A DNA stretch of 64,000 nucleotides from Bdellovibrionales bacterium. Its GTDB lineage: Bacteria > Pseudomonadota > Alphaproteobacteria > Micavibrionales > UBA2020. Below the pieces are notes generated by a model. The model saw nothing but the letters and a program-made list of their open reading frames with translations, did not search any database and was not told where the DNA came from. The stretch spans positions 9,894-73,893 of the forward strand of contig JBBRVE010000006.1 of assembly GCA_038247245.1 (NCBI GenBank). The letters run 5' to 3'. Positions 39,343-49,580 of the stretch are shown here, piece after piece. Position numbers and translations under genes: made by a program. Every line of letters starts with the position of its first letter. The first letter of the stretch is position 1.

Positions 39343-40343
39343 CAGCTGAAATCGAGGTTTTCGGTTTTCACGACCGTCATGCCTGTGCCGGCGGCAACTT
39401 TACCAATCGTCCAGAACGGCTGGTTCAGTTCCTTCAGCTTCGCCGCCAGCTTATCCGGCTGCGCCGTCGCAAAAACAAAACCGATGCCCATGTTGAAGGT
39501 GCGGTATAAATCCGCGCCCTCAAGGCCGGAGCGTTTCACCAGTTCCGTGTAAATCGGCGGAATATCGCCAAGCGCGGGCAGGTAATCCAGCACGTAATCG
39601 AATTTGTCATTCATGCGCGGCACGTTTTCGAGGCCGCCGCCCGTGATATGCGCCATCGCCTTGACCAGCGGCAGCACTTCCCTCACCACGTTCCAGTAAA
39701 TGCGTGTGGGTGTCAGCGCCTGCAACAGCAATTCGCGTTCCGTTTCATTGATCAGCTTGCGCACCAGCGAATAGCCATTGGAATGCACGCCCGACGACGG
39801 CAGCGCGATCAGGGTATCACCGACCGCCACATCATGACCGTCTTTCAGATCCTTTTGCAGCACTTCGCCGACCGCAAAACCGGCAAGATCGTATTCGCCC
39901 GCGCCATAGACACCCGGCATTTCCGCCGTTTCGCCGCCGATGAGGGCGCATTGAGATTGCTTGCAACCCTCGACCACGCCATTGATGATTTCTTCGGCGG
40001 CGTTCAGGTCCAGCTTGCCGGTCGCAAGGTAATCGAGGAAGAACAGCGGCGTCGCGCCCGTGCAGATGATGTCGTTCACGCACATGGCGACCAAATCTAT
40101 GCCGATGGTGTCGTGCTTGTTCAGGGATTGCGCCACTTTCACCTTGGTGCCGCAGCCATCGGTGCCGGTCGCCAGCAATTTATCGTCGGTGATCTTATAT
40201 AATGCCGCAAACCCGCCCACGCCGGAAACAACCCGTTCGCCATAGGTGGACCGCACCTTTGATTTGATGCGCTCAACAAACGCGTCGCCGCGCTCGATAT
40301 CGACGCCCGCGTCTTTATAGGTCGTTTTTTGCGTTTGGGTCAT
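39339..40343 (-). CDS. purM: Phosphoribosylformylglycinamidine cyclo-ligase (AIR synthetase)
   Basis: YKDAGVDI N-terminus, DGCGTK, GGETAEMPG motifs. Confidence 0.95.
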   Translation of the reverse strand: MTQTQKTTYKDAGVDIERGDAFVERIKSKVRSTYGERVVSGVGGFAALYKITDDKLLATGTDGCGTKVKVAQSLNKHDTIGIDLVAMCVNDIICTGATPLFFLDYLATGKLDLNAAEEIINGVVEGCKQSQCALIGGETAEMPGVYGAGEYDLAGFAVGEVLQKDLKDGHDVAVGDTLIALPSSGVHSNGYSLVRKLINETERELLLQALTPTRIYWNVVREVLPLVKAMAHITGGGLENVPRMNDKFDYVLDYLPALGDIPPIYTELVKRSGLEGADLYRTFNMGIGFVFATAQPDKLAAKLKELNQPFWTIGKVAAGTGMTVVKTENLDFSC

Positions 40344-40351
40344 TTTATCCT

Positions 40352-41935
40352 CTAGTGCCGGAAATGGCGGCGGCCGGTGAAGGTCATGGCGATGTCGGAA
40401 TCATTGCAGGCAGCGATTACGTCTTTATCCTTTACGCTGCCACCCGGCTGCACGATGTATTTGATGCCGGCAGCGGCGGCGATGCCGATATTATCCGGGA
40501 ACGGAAAGAACGCATCCGACACCAGGACAGCTTCGGACAAATCCTTGTGCCCGTTTTCATGCGCCTTTTCGACCGCCTGTTTCATGCTGACAAGGCGGTT
40601 GGGGTTGCCCATGCCTGCGCCCACCATGCTGAAACCTTTATCGTTCGCGATAAAGATACCGATCGCATTACTCTTCAGGTGTTTGCAGGCCATGACGCCG
40701 AAACGCGCCAGCTCGCTGCGTTCGCCGTTGAACGGGCGGGTGGTCATCGGCTTGAAATCCGCATCCGCGCCTTCGTCTTCCTGTTGCACGACCCATCCGC
40801 CGGAGATGGAGCGCACCATCATCGATTTTTCCGCGCCCGTATAAGTCGGCAGTGCCAGCAGACGCAGGTTCGGTTTCGCCGCGAACACTTTTTTCGCTTC
40901 GTCGGTATAGGACGGCGCGACAATCACCTCGACGAATTTGTTCGCCAGCCATGTGGCGATATCGTCGCCCACAGGCTGGTTAAAGCACAGAATACCGCCA
41001 AAGCTGCTGATCGGGTCGCCTGACCATGCGGCTTCCAATGCCTCCAGCGGTGTTTTCGCCAGCGCGAGGCCGCAGGGGCTCAGATGCTTGATGATCGACA
41101 CGGCGGCGGGATAACCCGCAACGCCCAATGCCGAAATATCGCCGCAAGACCGCCACGCAGCATCCGCATCCAGCAGATTGTTGTACGACAGCTCTTTACC
41201 CTGAATCGGTTCCGCCCCCGCAAGACCCGCATTGAACGGATCTGCATGCACCCATGATTTTTGGTGCGGATTTTCGCCGTAGCGCAGCGGTGTGCCGGAT
41301 TTCACGGGGATTGACAGCGTGCGCTGTTCCTCGCCCCATTCTGCCTCCATACGCGATGCGATCAGCGCGTCGTATTCGGCGGTGTGGCGGAACGCGGCGA
41401 GCGCCAGTTTCTGCCGCGTTTCGGCGCGCAGCTTGCCGCCCGTTTCGTTCAGGTCGCGGATGACCATGCCATATTGCGACGGGTCGGTGACCGTGCCGAC
41501 AGACGCGTAGTTTTTCGCCGAAGCGCGGATCATGGTCGGGCCGCCAACATCTATATTCTCGATAATCTCCGCCCAATCCTTGCTTTTCTGCGCGGTCGCC
41601 TCGAACGGGTACAAATTGCAGACGACCAGATCAATCGCCTCGATCTTCAAATCTTTCGCTTGAGCGATATCATCCGCATGGTCGCGGCGGAACAGCAGCG
41701 CGCTTGAAATCTGGAAGCTGAGCGTCTTCATGCGTCCGCCGAAGGCTTCGGGGTTGCCGGTGACTTTTTCGACGGGGGTATAGGGGATGCCGAGGTCCTG
41801 CAAAAACTTGCCCGTGCCGCCAGATGAAATAATTTCCACTTTCAGCGCGTGGAGTTTTGCAGCCAGTTCCTCCAGCCCCGCCTTGTCGCTGACGCTCACC
41901 AGCGCCCGTTTGACGTTAACCAGCCCGTCGCTCAT
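40352..41935 (-). CDS. purH: Bifunctional AICAR transformylase / IMP cyclohydrolase
   Basis: RALVSVSDKAG, ISSGGT, VVCNLYPF, IVQPGGSVKD motifs. 527 aa. Confidence 0.96.
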   Translation of the reverse strand: MSDGLVNVKRALVSVSDKAGLEELAAKLHALKVEIISSGGTGKFLQDLGIPYTPVEKVTGNPEAFGGRMKTLSFQISSALLFRRDHADDIAQAKDLKIEAIDLVVCNLYPFEATAQKSKDWAEIIENIDVGGPTMIRASAKNYASVGTVTDPSQYGMVIRDLNETGGKLRAETRQKLALAAFRHTAEYDALIASRMEAEWGEEQRTLSIPVKSGTPLRYGENPHQKSWVHADPFNAGLAGAEPIQGKELSYNNLLDADAAWRSCGDISALGVAGYPAAVSIIKHLSPCGLALAKTPLEALEAAWSGDPISSFGGILCFNQPVGDDIATWLANKFVEVIVAPSYTDEAKKVFAAKPNLRLLALPTYTGAEKSMMVRSISGGWVVQQEDEGADADFKPMTTRPFNGERSELARFGVMACKHLKSNAIGIFIANDKGFSMVGAGMGNPNRLVSMKQAVEKAHENGHKDLSEAVLVSDAFFPFPDNIGIAAAAGIKYIVQPGGSVKDKDVIAACNDSDIAMTFTGRRHFRH

Positions 41936-42704
41936 GGCTTTGCTCCCCTTTTAAAACGCGCAGCATGTTGTCGAAAATCAGCGCGCCGTCGCCCTTCGCA
42001 ACGTCGCGGGCATGGGTATTGCGATAGGTTTCGCTGAACATGAACGCTTCGGGATGCGGCATCAGCCCCAGCACCATGCCCGACGCATCGGTCAGCGCGG
42101 CAATGCGGCCATATGATCCGTTCACGTCTTCGGTATAGGTGAGCGGCACGAGCCCTTGGTCGATCAGCGCCTGATATTCCTTTTGCTCCTCGCCCTTTTT
42201 AAAGGCGATGCGGCCTTCGCCATGGCGGATCGGCAATTCGATCTGGGTTTTATCCAAACCTTTCGTCCACTGGCAGACGCTTTTCGCGTTCACATCCAGC
42301 GTGACCCAGCGGTTGATAAACCCGCCCTGTTCGTTGGCGGCAAGCGCAAGGATGCGCTCGGGCGCGTCGGGATACGGCAGCAGGCCGAGTTTTACCAATA
42401 CCTGAAAACCGTTGCAGATGCCGATAACGGGCTTTTTCGCCTCGACCATCTTGAAAAACTTATCGCCCAGCTTGTGCCGGATTTTCAGCGCAAGGATCTG
42501 GCCGGAGCCGAGTTCATCGCCGAAAGAAAACCCGCCAGGAATAGCAAGCCCGTCGGCAGTTTTCAGCATCTCGGGTGCCGCGATCAAGTCGTTCACGTGT
42601 ACCGTTTGCGCCTGACCGCCCGCATGTTCCAGTGCAAACGCCGTTTCGCGTTCGCAATTGATGCCGTCGCCACAGACCACGATGAAGAGAGGTTTATTCG
42701 CCAT
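41916..42704 (-). CDS. purQ: FGAM synthase glutaminase subunit
   Basis: Class I GATase motifs (GGFSFGD, ICNGFQ, HGEG). The ATG at 42704 lies 2 nt from the purL stop. The 3' end overlaps the purH start by 20 nt. Confidence 0.9.
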   Translation of the reverse strand: MANKPLFIVVCGDGINCERETAFALEHAGGQAQTVHVNDLIAAPEMLKTADGLAIPGGFSFGDELGSGQILALKIRHKLGDKFFKMVEAKKPVIGICNGFQVLVKLGLLPYPDAPERILALAANEQGGFINRWVTLDVNAKSVCQWTKGLDKTQIELPIRHGEGRIAFKKGEEQKEYQALIDQGLVPLTYTEDVNGSYGRIAALTDASGMVLGLMPHPEAFMFSETYRNTHARDVAKGDGALIFDNMLRVLKGEQSHERRAG

Positions 42705-42706
42705 CG

Positions 42707-45688
42707 TCAAAAACCCTTTCGCCATGCGGCCACGATATCGGCAAGCGCGATATTCGCGCCATCGACCAGCAGTTTGTCATCACCCGTCACCTGACCGATC
42801 AGTGTTGCTGCCGGCAGGGCTTTATCGAATGCCGCGCGTCGACCCGGCGACACGCTGACCACGATACGGCCGGGGGCTTCGTTGAACAGCGCATCTGCGC
42901 CCTTCACCGTCAATGCCGCGCCCAGCCTGCCGCCTGTCATGCATTCGGCAACCGCCACCAGCAAGCCGCCTTCGGACACGTCATGCGCCGATTTGATGCA
43001 GCCGGATTTCAGCGCCGCGTTGAACTGGCGATACAGCGTCAGGTTTTTGGCAAGGTCGATTGCGGGGCCGTTATCATCCGCCACATCAAACCACGCCGCA
43101 TATTCGGATGCCGCCAAGCCGCTGCCCGCCGCGCCGAGCAGGTAAATATGATCGCCCGCATCGCGGAAACCGCTGCCGACCGATGCGCCCATTTGCACCT
43201 TGGCCATCGCGGTCACCATCAGCGTCGGCAGGCAGCTGATATTGATGTCCTGTCCACGGCCGTCTTTGCCGCGGAAATCATTCTTCATGCTGTCCTTGCC
43301 GCTGACCAACGGCGCGCCATAGGCCTTGCAGATGTCGTACAGCCCTTCGCAGGTACGCACCAACTGGCCGAGCTTATATGCACCTTCCGGATTTTTCGCC
43401 GAAACGACAGGGTCAGGCCAGCAGAAATTGTCGAGCAGGCAGAGCGTATCGGGATCGCCGCCCGCAGTCACCACATTGCGCACAGCTTCATCGACGGCGA
43501 ATTGCGCCATGCGATAGGGATCGACCGGCGACATGCGCGGCGCCATACCGCAACCAACCGCAGCCGCGTTATCGGATGCACCGCCATGCGGCTGCAGCCA
43601 GATGACGCCCGCATCCGACGGGCCGTCGGCCTTGCTGCCCGCAAAAGGCTTCACATGCGTTGCCGCCTGCACTTCATGGTCATAGGCGCGCACCCATTTT
43701 TCTTTCGACGTGATATTAGGCGATGCCAGCAGCGCCAGCAGCGCGGTTTTAACATCGGGCGCGGGGATGCGTTTTGCCTTCAACTCCGTCGTCGCCGACC
43801 AGTCGGGGCGCGGCTTCGGCGCATTCCATTCCGCCTTCAGCTGCATTTGCGGCAGCGAATTGTGCAGGAAATCGAGGCTGAGGGATCCCGTGAGCGTGTC
43901 TTTATAATATACGTCCAAACGTCCGCTGTCATTGAACGCGCCGATATTGGTCGCCACAACGCCGCGAAGGGTGGCGAGTTCGATAAACGCCTTTACCTGC
44001 GCGGGCGGCACGGCGACGGTCATGCGTTCCTGGCTTTCGCTGACCATCAATTCCCACGGGCTGAGTCCGGGATATTTGACAGGGCACAGGCCAAGGTCCA
44101 GCGTTGCGCCGCCCGACATCTGCGCCATTTCGCCAACACTGGACGATAACCCGCCCGCGCCGTTATCAGTGATGGCGGAGAACAGGCCGAGGTCGCGCGC
44201 TTCCAGCAGAAAATCCGCCATGCGTTTTTGCGTCAGCGGATCGCCGATTTGCACCGCCGTTGCGGGCGCGTTTTCATCCAGTTCCAGCGAGCTGAAGGTT
44301 GCGCCGTGGATGCCATCTGCGCCGATCGCGCCGCCGACCATCACGATGCGATCGCCAAGGTTCAGTTTTTTCTCCGCTGAATCGCGGCCATCGGGCAGCA
44401 CCGGGGGCATGACGCCGATAGTGCCGACGAATACCAGCGGCTTGCCGGCGTAATCGCGGTCAAAGAAGAACGCGCCGTTCACGGTAGGGATGCCGCTTTT
44501 GTTGCCGCCGTCCTCGACGCCCTTGTGCACGCCTTCCAGGATGCGGCGGGGCGGCTTGGGGCCGACGGGCATGAATTGTTCTTCGCCCTTTTCCGGCATA
44601 CTGGGCGGGGCGAAGCAGAACACATCGGTATTCGCAATCGGGCGCGCGCCAAGGCCGCAGCCAAGGATGTCGCGGTTGACGCCGAGGATGCCGGTGAGCG
44701 CGCCGCCGTAGGGGTCGAGCGCGGACGGGCTATTATGCGTTTCCACCTTGATGCAGAGGTCGATTTTTTCATCGAAGCGCACGATGCCGGCATTGTCGCT
44801 GAACACGGAAATCAGCCAGTCGATGCCTCGTTCCGCCTGAATTTCCTTGGTCGCGCGCTTGATATAAGTTTTATAAAGGCTGTCGATAGTCTTTGTTTTG
44901 CCGTCCGCGCCGGTAAAATCGATTTTCGCGGCGAAAATCTTGTGCTTGCAATGCTCGCTCCATGTCTGGGCAAAAATCTCCAGCTCCACATCTGTCGGCG
45001 ATTGAGGCAAACTCTGTTTTTTGCGGAGCGCCTGCACATCGGCATCACGGTAATGGTCGCGGATATGGTGCAGTTCCTGCATCGTCATGGCGAGCGTACG
45101 GTCGCGGCTCAGCTGTTCCAGTTCCTTGTCGTGCAGTTCCAGCGACACCTGCTCCACCTTCGGCGCATGGGTGAGCATTGTCTTGGGCAGTTTCACATCG
45201 GTGAAGCGCGGCAGTTTCAGGAATTCGTCATAGGACCAGATATCGATTTTCTGTATCAGTTCGTTCGCCAGCAATTCGCGCCCGACTTTTTTTGCGCCAG
45301 CCGCATCCAGCGTGCCGAACATGAAATACAGGCTGCCGCTGGCCACCACGGCCTGCAATCCGGTCAGCGCTAGCGCTTCTTCAGCGGAGCGCGCGGGGTT
45401 GTCGGTGACGCCGGGGCGATAGGTGACTTCGGCGACGAAGGCGGGGTTTTGCGGAAAGGTATAGGTTGCGCCATCCATCTGTGCGAGATACAGCACGGGA
45501 TCGGCGAACACTTTGGCGACATTCGATTCAAGGTCGTTCGCGGGCGATACGGGCGCGATTTTATAAACTTTTACTTCTTCCAGCGCCGCCAGCGGCACGC
45601 CAAAATATTCGCGCGCCTGCCCTGCCCATTTTTCCAGACGGCGGTCGGGAATTTGCGAGGTGACTTCTACGCGAACGGCTGCGCCCAT
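42707..45688 (-). CDS. purL: FGAM synthase PurL with an N-terminal PurS-dimer-like domain but no fused glutaminase
   Basis: 993 aa from the ATG at 45688 (GAAGG Shine-Dalgarno; the TTG at 45712 is the alternative). The first roughly 230 aa contain two PurS-like halves and the large-PurL linker (RTLAMTMQEL...). Then comes PTDVELEIFAQTWSEHCKHKIF and the PurL core. Confidence 0.92.
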   Translation of the reverse strand: MGAAVRVEVTSQIPDRRLEKWAGQAREYFGVPLAALEEVKVYKIAPVSPANDLESNVAKVFADPVLYLAQMDGATYTFPQNPAFVAEVTYRPGVTDNPARSAEEALALTGLQAVVASGSLYFMFGTLDAAGAKKVGRELLANELIQKIDIWSYDEFLKLPRFTDVKLPKTMLTHAPKVEQVSLELHDKELEQLSRDRTLAMTMQELHHIRDHYRDADVQALRKKQSLPQSPTDVELEIFAQTWSEHCKHKIFAAKIDFTGADGKTKTIDSLYKTYIKRATKEIQAERGIDWLISVFSDNAGIVRFDEKIDLCIKVETHNSPSALDPYGGALTGILGVNRDILGCGLGARPIANTDVFCFAPPSMPEKGEEQFMPVGPKPPRRILEGVHKGVEDGGNKSGIPTVNGAFFFDRDYAGKPLVFVGTIGVMPPVLPDGRDSAEKKLNLGDRIVMVGGAIGADGIHGATFSSLELDENAPATAVQIGDPLTQKRMADFLLEARDLGLFSAITDNGAGGLSSSVGEMAQMSGGATLDLGLCPVKYPGLSPWELMVSESQERMTVAVPPAQVKAFIELATLRGVVATNIGAFNDSGRLDVYYKDTLTGSLSLDFLHNSLPQMQLKAEWNAPKPRPDWSATTELKAKRIPAPDVKTALLALLASPNITSKEKWVRAYDHEVQAATHVKPFAGSKADGPSDAGVIWLQPHGGASDNAAAVGCGMAPRMSPVDPYRMAQFAVDEAVRNVVTAGGDPDTLCLLDNFCWPDPVVSAKNPEGAYKLGQLVRTCEGLYDICKAYGAPLVSGKDSMKNDFRGKDGRGQDINISCLPTLMVTAMAKVQMGASVGSGFRDAGDHIYLLGAAGSGLAASEYAAWFDVADDNGPAIDLAKNLTLYRQFNAALKSGCIKSAHDVSEGGLLVAVAECMTGGRLGAALTVKGADALFNEAPGRIVVSVSPGRRAAFDKALPAATLIGQVTGDDKLLVDGANIALADIVAAWRKGF

Positions 45689-45701
45689 ATTATGATGCCT
45701 T

Positions 45702-46355
45702 CTACTTGCCAAGACAGACGATGCGGCGATCGGTGCCGCGGATATTTTCGATCGACCATGTGCCCGCGATCAGGTGGCGCAGGAATTCGGCGTAAATGTC
45801 GTATTCCAGCTGCATGCCGCGCGCACGAAAATTATCGAATTCCTCGTTTTCATCGCGCTCGAATGACCGCTGCAGGATGATCGGGCCGCCATCGACGGTT
45901 TCATCGACAAAATGCAGCGTCACGCCCGCGATTTTAACGCCCGCATTATAGGCCTGCAAATAACTGTCCATACCGGGAAATGCGGGCAGCAGCGAGGGAT
46001 GGATATTCACGACGCGGTTCACGCCCAGTTTTTCGTCATGGAATTTGTGCAGGAATGCGGGGCTGAGGATGCGCATATAACCCGCAAGGAAAATCCATTC
46101 CACGCCGTTCAGCGCAAGCGTATCAAGGATCGCTTTTTCGTGTTCTTCTTTCGATGCGCCTTTTTGTTTCGCGACGACTTCGCAGGGCGTGCCGAATTTT
46201 TTTGCGCGTTCGATGACGCCGGCATAGGGCTGGTCGGTCAAGACCAGCAACGCGTCGATACCGGTCATTTCCTTGCAATGGCGCAGGATGTTTTCGGCAT
46301 TGGTGCCGTTGCCCGAGGCGAAGACGGCGGCGCGGATGGCGGGCTTATTTGCCAA
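45702..46355 (-). CDS. purN: Phosphoribosylglycinamide formyltransferase
   Basis: AVFASGNGTNAE, GYMRIL, NIHPSLLPAFPG motifs. TTG start overlaps the purD end. Confidence 0.9.
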   Translation of the reverse strand: MANKPAIRAAVFASGNGTNAENILRHCKEMTGIDALLVLTDQPYAGVIERAKKFGTPCEVVAKQKGASKEEHEKAILDTLALNGVEWIFLAGYMRILSPAFLHKFHDEKLGVNRVVNIHPSLLPAFPGMDSYLQAYNAGVKIAGVTLHFVDETVDGGPIILQRSFERDENEEFDNFRARGMQLEYDIYAEFLRHLIAGTWSIENIRGTDRRIVCLGK

Positions 46356-47646
46356 TATCTTTCCTCCAATGCGCGCCGTTGAATTTTATGCTGTCGATGG
46401 CGCGGTATGCGCTGGCGCGGGCGTCGTCGATATTCGCGCCCAAGGCCGTTACGCCCAGCACGCGCCCGCCTTCATTCGTCCAGCCGCCGTCTTTTTTCTT
46501 CGCGCCCATGACGAAGAGCAGGTTGTCGTTCGAACCCTCCAGCAATGCCTCGGGCATGTCGATTTTTTGTCCCAGTTTCATTGTGCCGGAAAATGTTTCG
46601 GGATAACCTTCGGATGCCATCACCACATGCACGGCGGCAGATGGGCGGAGCGTGACTTTATCATCGCCCAGTTTTCCTTCCGCCGCCTTCAGGAACAACG
46701 GCGCTATATCGTTTTCGATGAGCGGCATCAGGATTTGCGTTTCGGGGTCACCGAAACGGGTGTTGAATTCGATCACATTCACCTGTTCGCCGTCGATCAT
46801 CAGCCCTGCGAACAGGATGCCGCGAAACGGCGTGCCGCGTTTTTTCATGCCGTCGATCACGGGGCGGAAAATGCCGTCATCGACAAACTGGCGGGCGGCG
46901 TCGGAGGGCCAGCCCTTTGGCGCATAGCCGCCCATGCCGCCGGTATTCGGGCCCTGGTCATGATCGCGCACGCGTTTGTAATCACAGACGAAGCCAAGCG
47001 TGGTGAAGGTATTGCCATCGCAGAGCGCGAAGGCGGAAACTTCCTTGCCGGACAGTTTTTGCTCCAGCAGGATGCGGCTGCTTTTGACTGTGCAAGCAGG
47101 ATTGACCATGAAATCGAACAGCGTTTGTATCGCTTCGGCGCGGTCATTCGTCACGACAACGCCCTTGCCCGCCGATAATCCGTCGGCCTTGATGACGATG
47201 CCAGCACCTTCGATATCCCACTCCTTCAGCGCGGCAACAGCGGCACCGTGATCGTCGCATACCTTGAAAGGCGCAGTGGGGATGCCGAATTCTGACATGA
47301 ATTCTTTAGCAAAGATTTTCGAGCTTTCCAGCTTTGCGCCGTCCTTGGTCGGGCCCATCACGGGAACGCCTGCAGCATCCAGCGCATCGGCAACGCCCGC
47401 CTCCAGCGGTTTTTCAGGGCCGATGACGACAAGTCCGATGCCAAGGTTTTTGACGGCGGCCATGACAGTTGCCACATCCGCCGGATTACCGGCAATGCAT
47501 TTCACTTTGCCTAGCGTCGCCATGCCGTCATTGCCGGGCATGGCGTGAATGGCCGTCACATGGGGCGATTGGGCAAGTTTCCAGGCCAGCGCATGTTCGC
47601 GCCCGCCGCCGCCCAGCAGCAGAACCGTTTTCAGGCTCGCGCTCAC
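46345..47646 (-). CDS. purD: Phosphoribosylamine-glycine ligase
   Basis: VLLLGGGGREHALAWKL, ATP-grasp segments, EFNTRFGDPETQ. Confidence 0.95.
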   Translation of the reverse strand: MSASLKTVLLLGGGGREHALAWKLAQSPHVTAIHAMPGNDGMATLGKVKCIAGNPADVATVMAAVKNLGIGLVVIGPEKPLEAGVADALDAAGVPVMGPTKDGAKLESSKIFAKEFMSEFGIPTAPFKVCDDHGAAVAALKEWDIEGAGIVIKADGLSAGKGVVVTNDRAEAIQTLFDFMVNPACTVKSSRILLEQKLSGKEVSAFALCDGNTFTTLGFVCDYKRVRDHDQGPNTGGMGGYAPKGWPSDAARQFVDDGIFRPVIDGMKKRGTPFRGILFAGLMIDGEQVNVIEFNTRFGDPETQILMPLIENDIAPLFLKAAEGKLGDDKVTLRPSAAVHVVMASEGYPETFSGTMKLGQKIDMPEALLEGSNDNLLFVMGAKKKDGGWTNEGGRVLGVTALGANIDDARASAYRAIDSIKFNGAHWRKDIGK

Positions 47647-48818
47647 GCAACCTCCTTCTTGGGGAGGATTTGCCTGACGACTTCATCAAGCGTCCATGCA
47701 TCGGCGAAAACAGGCTTGCCATGGAACTGGTTCGAGAGTGCCGAGGCGAGGCCTTTGTAGATCATTTCCACTCGCGTTTTGACGGCGGGCGCGAGCAAGG
47801 GAGGTGATACGCCGAGTTCATCGGTGCAGATTTTTTTCCAGTCCTTTTCACCGCGTTCCTTTGCGATCTGCTTGCCCTGCTCCAGCCCTGCATACCATGC
47901 GGTGGGGCGGTAGAAGCCGCGCAGGGCTTCCTTGGACAAATGCTGGCCGTCCTTGATCAGGCGCAACTCATCGGGGCCGATGGAATCGACCAGCATGAAA
48001 TCGCGGCTGCCCGAGGTGTTTTTGTCGCCGAAGCCGAATTCCAGCTTGCCATCCCACAATTCGACGCCGATTTCGGCGAAGCAGTCTTTCAAGCGGATAG
48101 AAATGAGGCGCGCGAGCGCGCCAAGGCTGCGGAATTCATCGTCCGACAATCCGGCGATGCGTTGCGCTTCGTCGTAGGGCAAATAACGGTCGGAGGTTTC
48201 GAGTTTCGTGGAATATTCAACGACCGGCACGGCGAAACTGTCGCCCGTTTTGGGCGGCGCGGAAAGGCCGAGCGATTTGCAATAGCTTGCATCGCCCGTG
48301 CGTTGCAGCAGCGAGCTGCCTTCCGGCACGCCGAAGCGGAAGATAACCTCGAGAGGCACCAGCGCGTTTTCGGGTTTTGTCTCGTACGCCCTGTAATCCC
48401 AGACCAGTTTGCCATCCACAACGCTGCTGCCGGGTTCGTGCACAGCAACAGGAGTGACGGACAGGCAGCGCGTCGGGGAAAGAAACTCGCGCTGCAGCGG
48501 GAGCTGTTTTGCATCGTGATCGACAAGGCCGAGCGAATGGTGCTTCAGCCCCGATTTGCGCAAGGCCTGCAGCTGGGGATCATTCTCCATCCCTTCCGGC
48601 GCTTTCCAGTCGAGCCAGGTGGCGGGGCTGCCGAGGTAATCGAAGAAGAACCAGCCCATGAAGGCAAGCGACGCGCCCTTGTCGTTCAGCAGGTCGGGCA
48701 TCTGCCCCCAGTCGAAAATCGAATAGCGGTCGGAGAATTCGAAGATATAAGGCGCTTTGCCCTTTTCGCCCCGCACGTTTTTCACGGAGCCTTCATAGAT
48801 CATTGCGGGTAACGTCAT
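47643..48818 (-). CDS. purC: SAICAR synthetase, long divergent form
   Basis: YEGSVKNV, FEFSDRYSIFDWG..KG, GKLEFGF and VDSIGPDELR motifs correspond to PurC. At 391 aa it is longer than the usual 240-300 aa. Confidence 0.8.
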   Translation of the reverse strand: MTLPAMIYEGSVKNVRGEKGKAPYIFEFSDRYSIFDWGQMPDLLNDKGASLAFMGWFFFDYLGSPATWLDWKAPEGMENDPQLQALRKSGLKHHSLGLVDHDAKQLPLQREFLSPTRCLSVTPVAVHEPGSSVVDGKLVWDYRAYETKPENALVPLEVIFRFGVPEGSSLLQRTGDASYCKSLGLSAPPKTGDSFAVPVVEYSTKLETSDRYLPYDEAQRIAGLSDDEFRSLGALARLISIRLKDCFAEIGVELWDGKLEFGFGDKNTSGSRDFMLVDSIGPDELRLIKDGQHLSKEALRGFYRPTAWYAGLEQGKQIAKERGEKDWKKICTDELGVSPPLLAPAVKTRVEMIYKGLASALSNQFHGKPVFADAWTLDEVVRQILPKKEVA

Positions 48819-49555
48819 GCTGCTCTCCCTTGTGCGCGTTTTGATGATGCGGAAAGACGTAGCGCGGCATGTACGGCGTTGCGCGTATTATTTGCGCCCA
48901 CCCACAAACCGCCCTGATTGCTCCAGTTGAGGAGCTGAACATAGGATTCAGGCTTTGCCACATCAGACTTGGCGACGACCGGTACATGCAGGCAGTAATC
49001 GTCGGGCTGGATATCGTTATCACCCATGACAAGCCACACATTGAACGCATCCGTGGCGGGTGACGCGCCGTGCGATACTTCCGCCCCCTTTTCCTTCGCT
49101 GCCGCGCGCGCTTTTTCGATATCCGCCAGAATGTCCGGCGTTTCGGTGCGCGTGATAAAATGGATTTTGGCGGGTGTCGGCGCAGTTTTATATTGTTTCA
49201 GGAAGGCGACAATCGCATCGGGCTTTTGCGGGCCTGCCGTCATCACCGGCACGCCGGGGGGCATTTGCGCGATGGACGCGAAACTGTCGAGCCCGCCGAA
49301 TTGCGACGGCACGGCAACGCCGAAAACGGGGATCTGCACCATGGCGGCGACAACGCCGGGCAATGCGGCGGCAAGGCCTGCGCCCGCGATCACGGCATCG
49401 CCCTGCCATGTGTTCATTTTATGCTGCAGTTTTTCAAGGTCGCGATGGGCGGAGATGACTTCGTATTCGGTGTCGAAATGCGGTTTCAGCGCATCGACCA
49501 GTGGCAGGGATATGTTTTCATCAGATTTGCTGCCGAAAACTACAAAAACTTTCAT
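48815..49555 (-). CDS. PurE-family (AIR carboxylase / N5-CAIR mutase-like) protein with a C-terminal extension of about 120 aa
   Basis: The N-terminal 125 aa align by eye with E. coli PurE (GSKSD, SAHR, AGAGxAAxLPG, DSxxSIxQMPxGVPV). The His of AAHLPG is Ala here. The extra C-terminal half has no recognised motif. Confidence 0.65.
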   Translation of the reverse strand: MKVFVVFGSKSDENISLPLVDALKPHFDTEYEVISAHRDLEKLQHKMNTWQGDAVIAGAGLAAALPGVVAAMVQIPVFGVAVPSQFGGLDSFASIAQMPPGVPVMTAGPQKPDAIVAFLKQYKTAPTPAKIHFITRTETPDILADIEKARAAAKEKGAEVSHGASPATDAFNVWLVMGDNDIQPDDYCLHVPVVAKSDVAKPESYVQLLNWSNQGGLWVGANNTRNAVHAALRLSASSKRAQGRAA

Positions 49556-49580
49556 GTTTTTCCCTCTTTTAAAATAAAAT

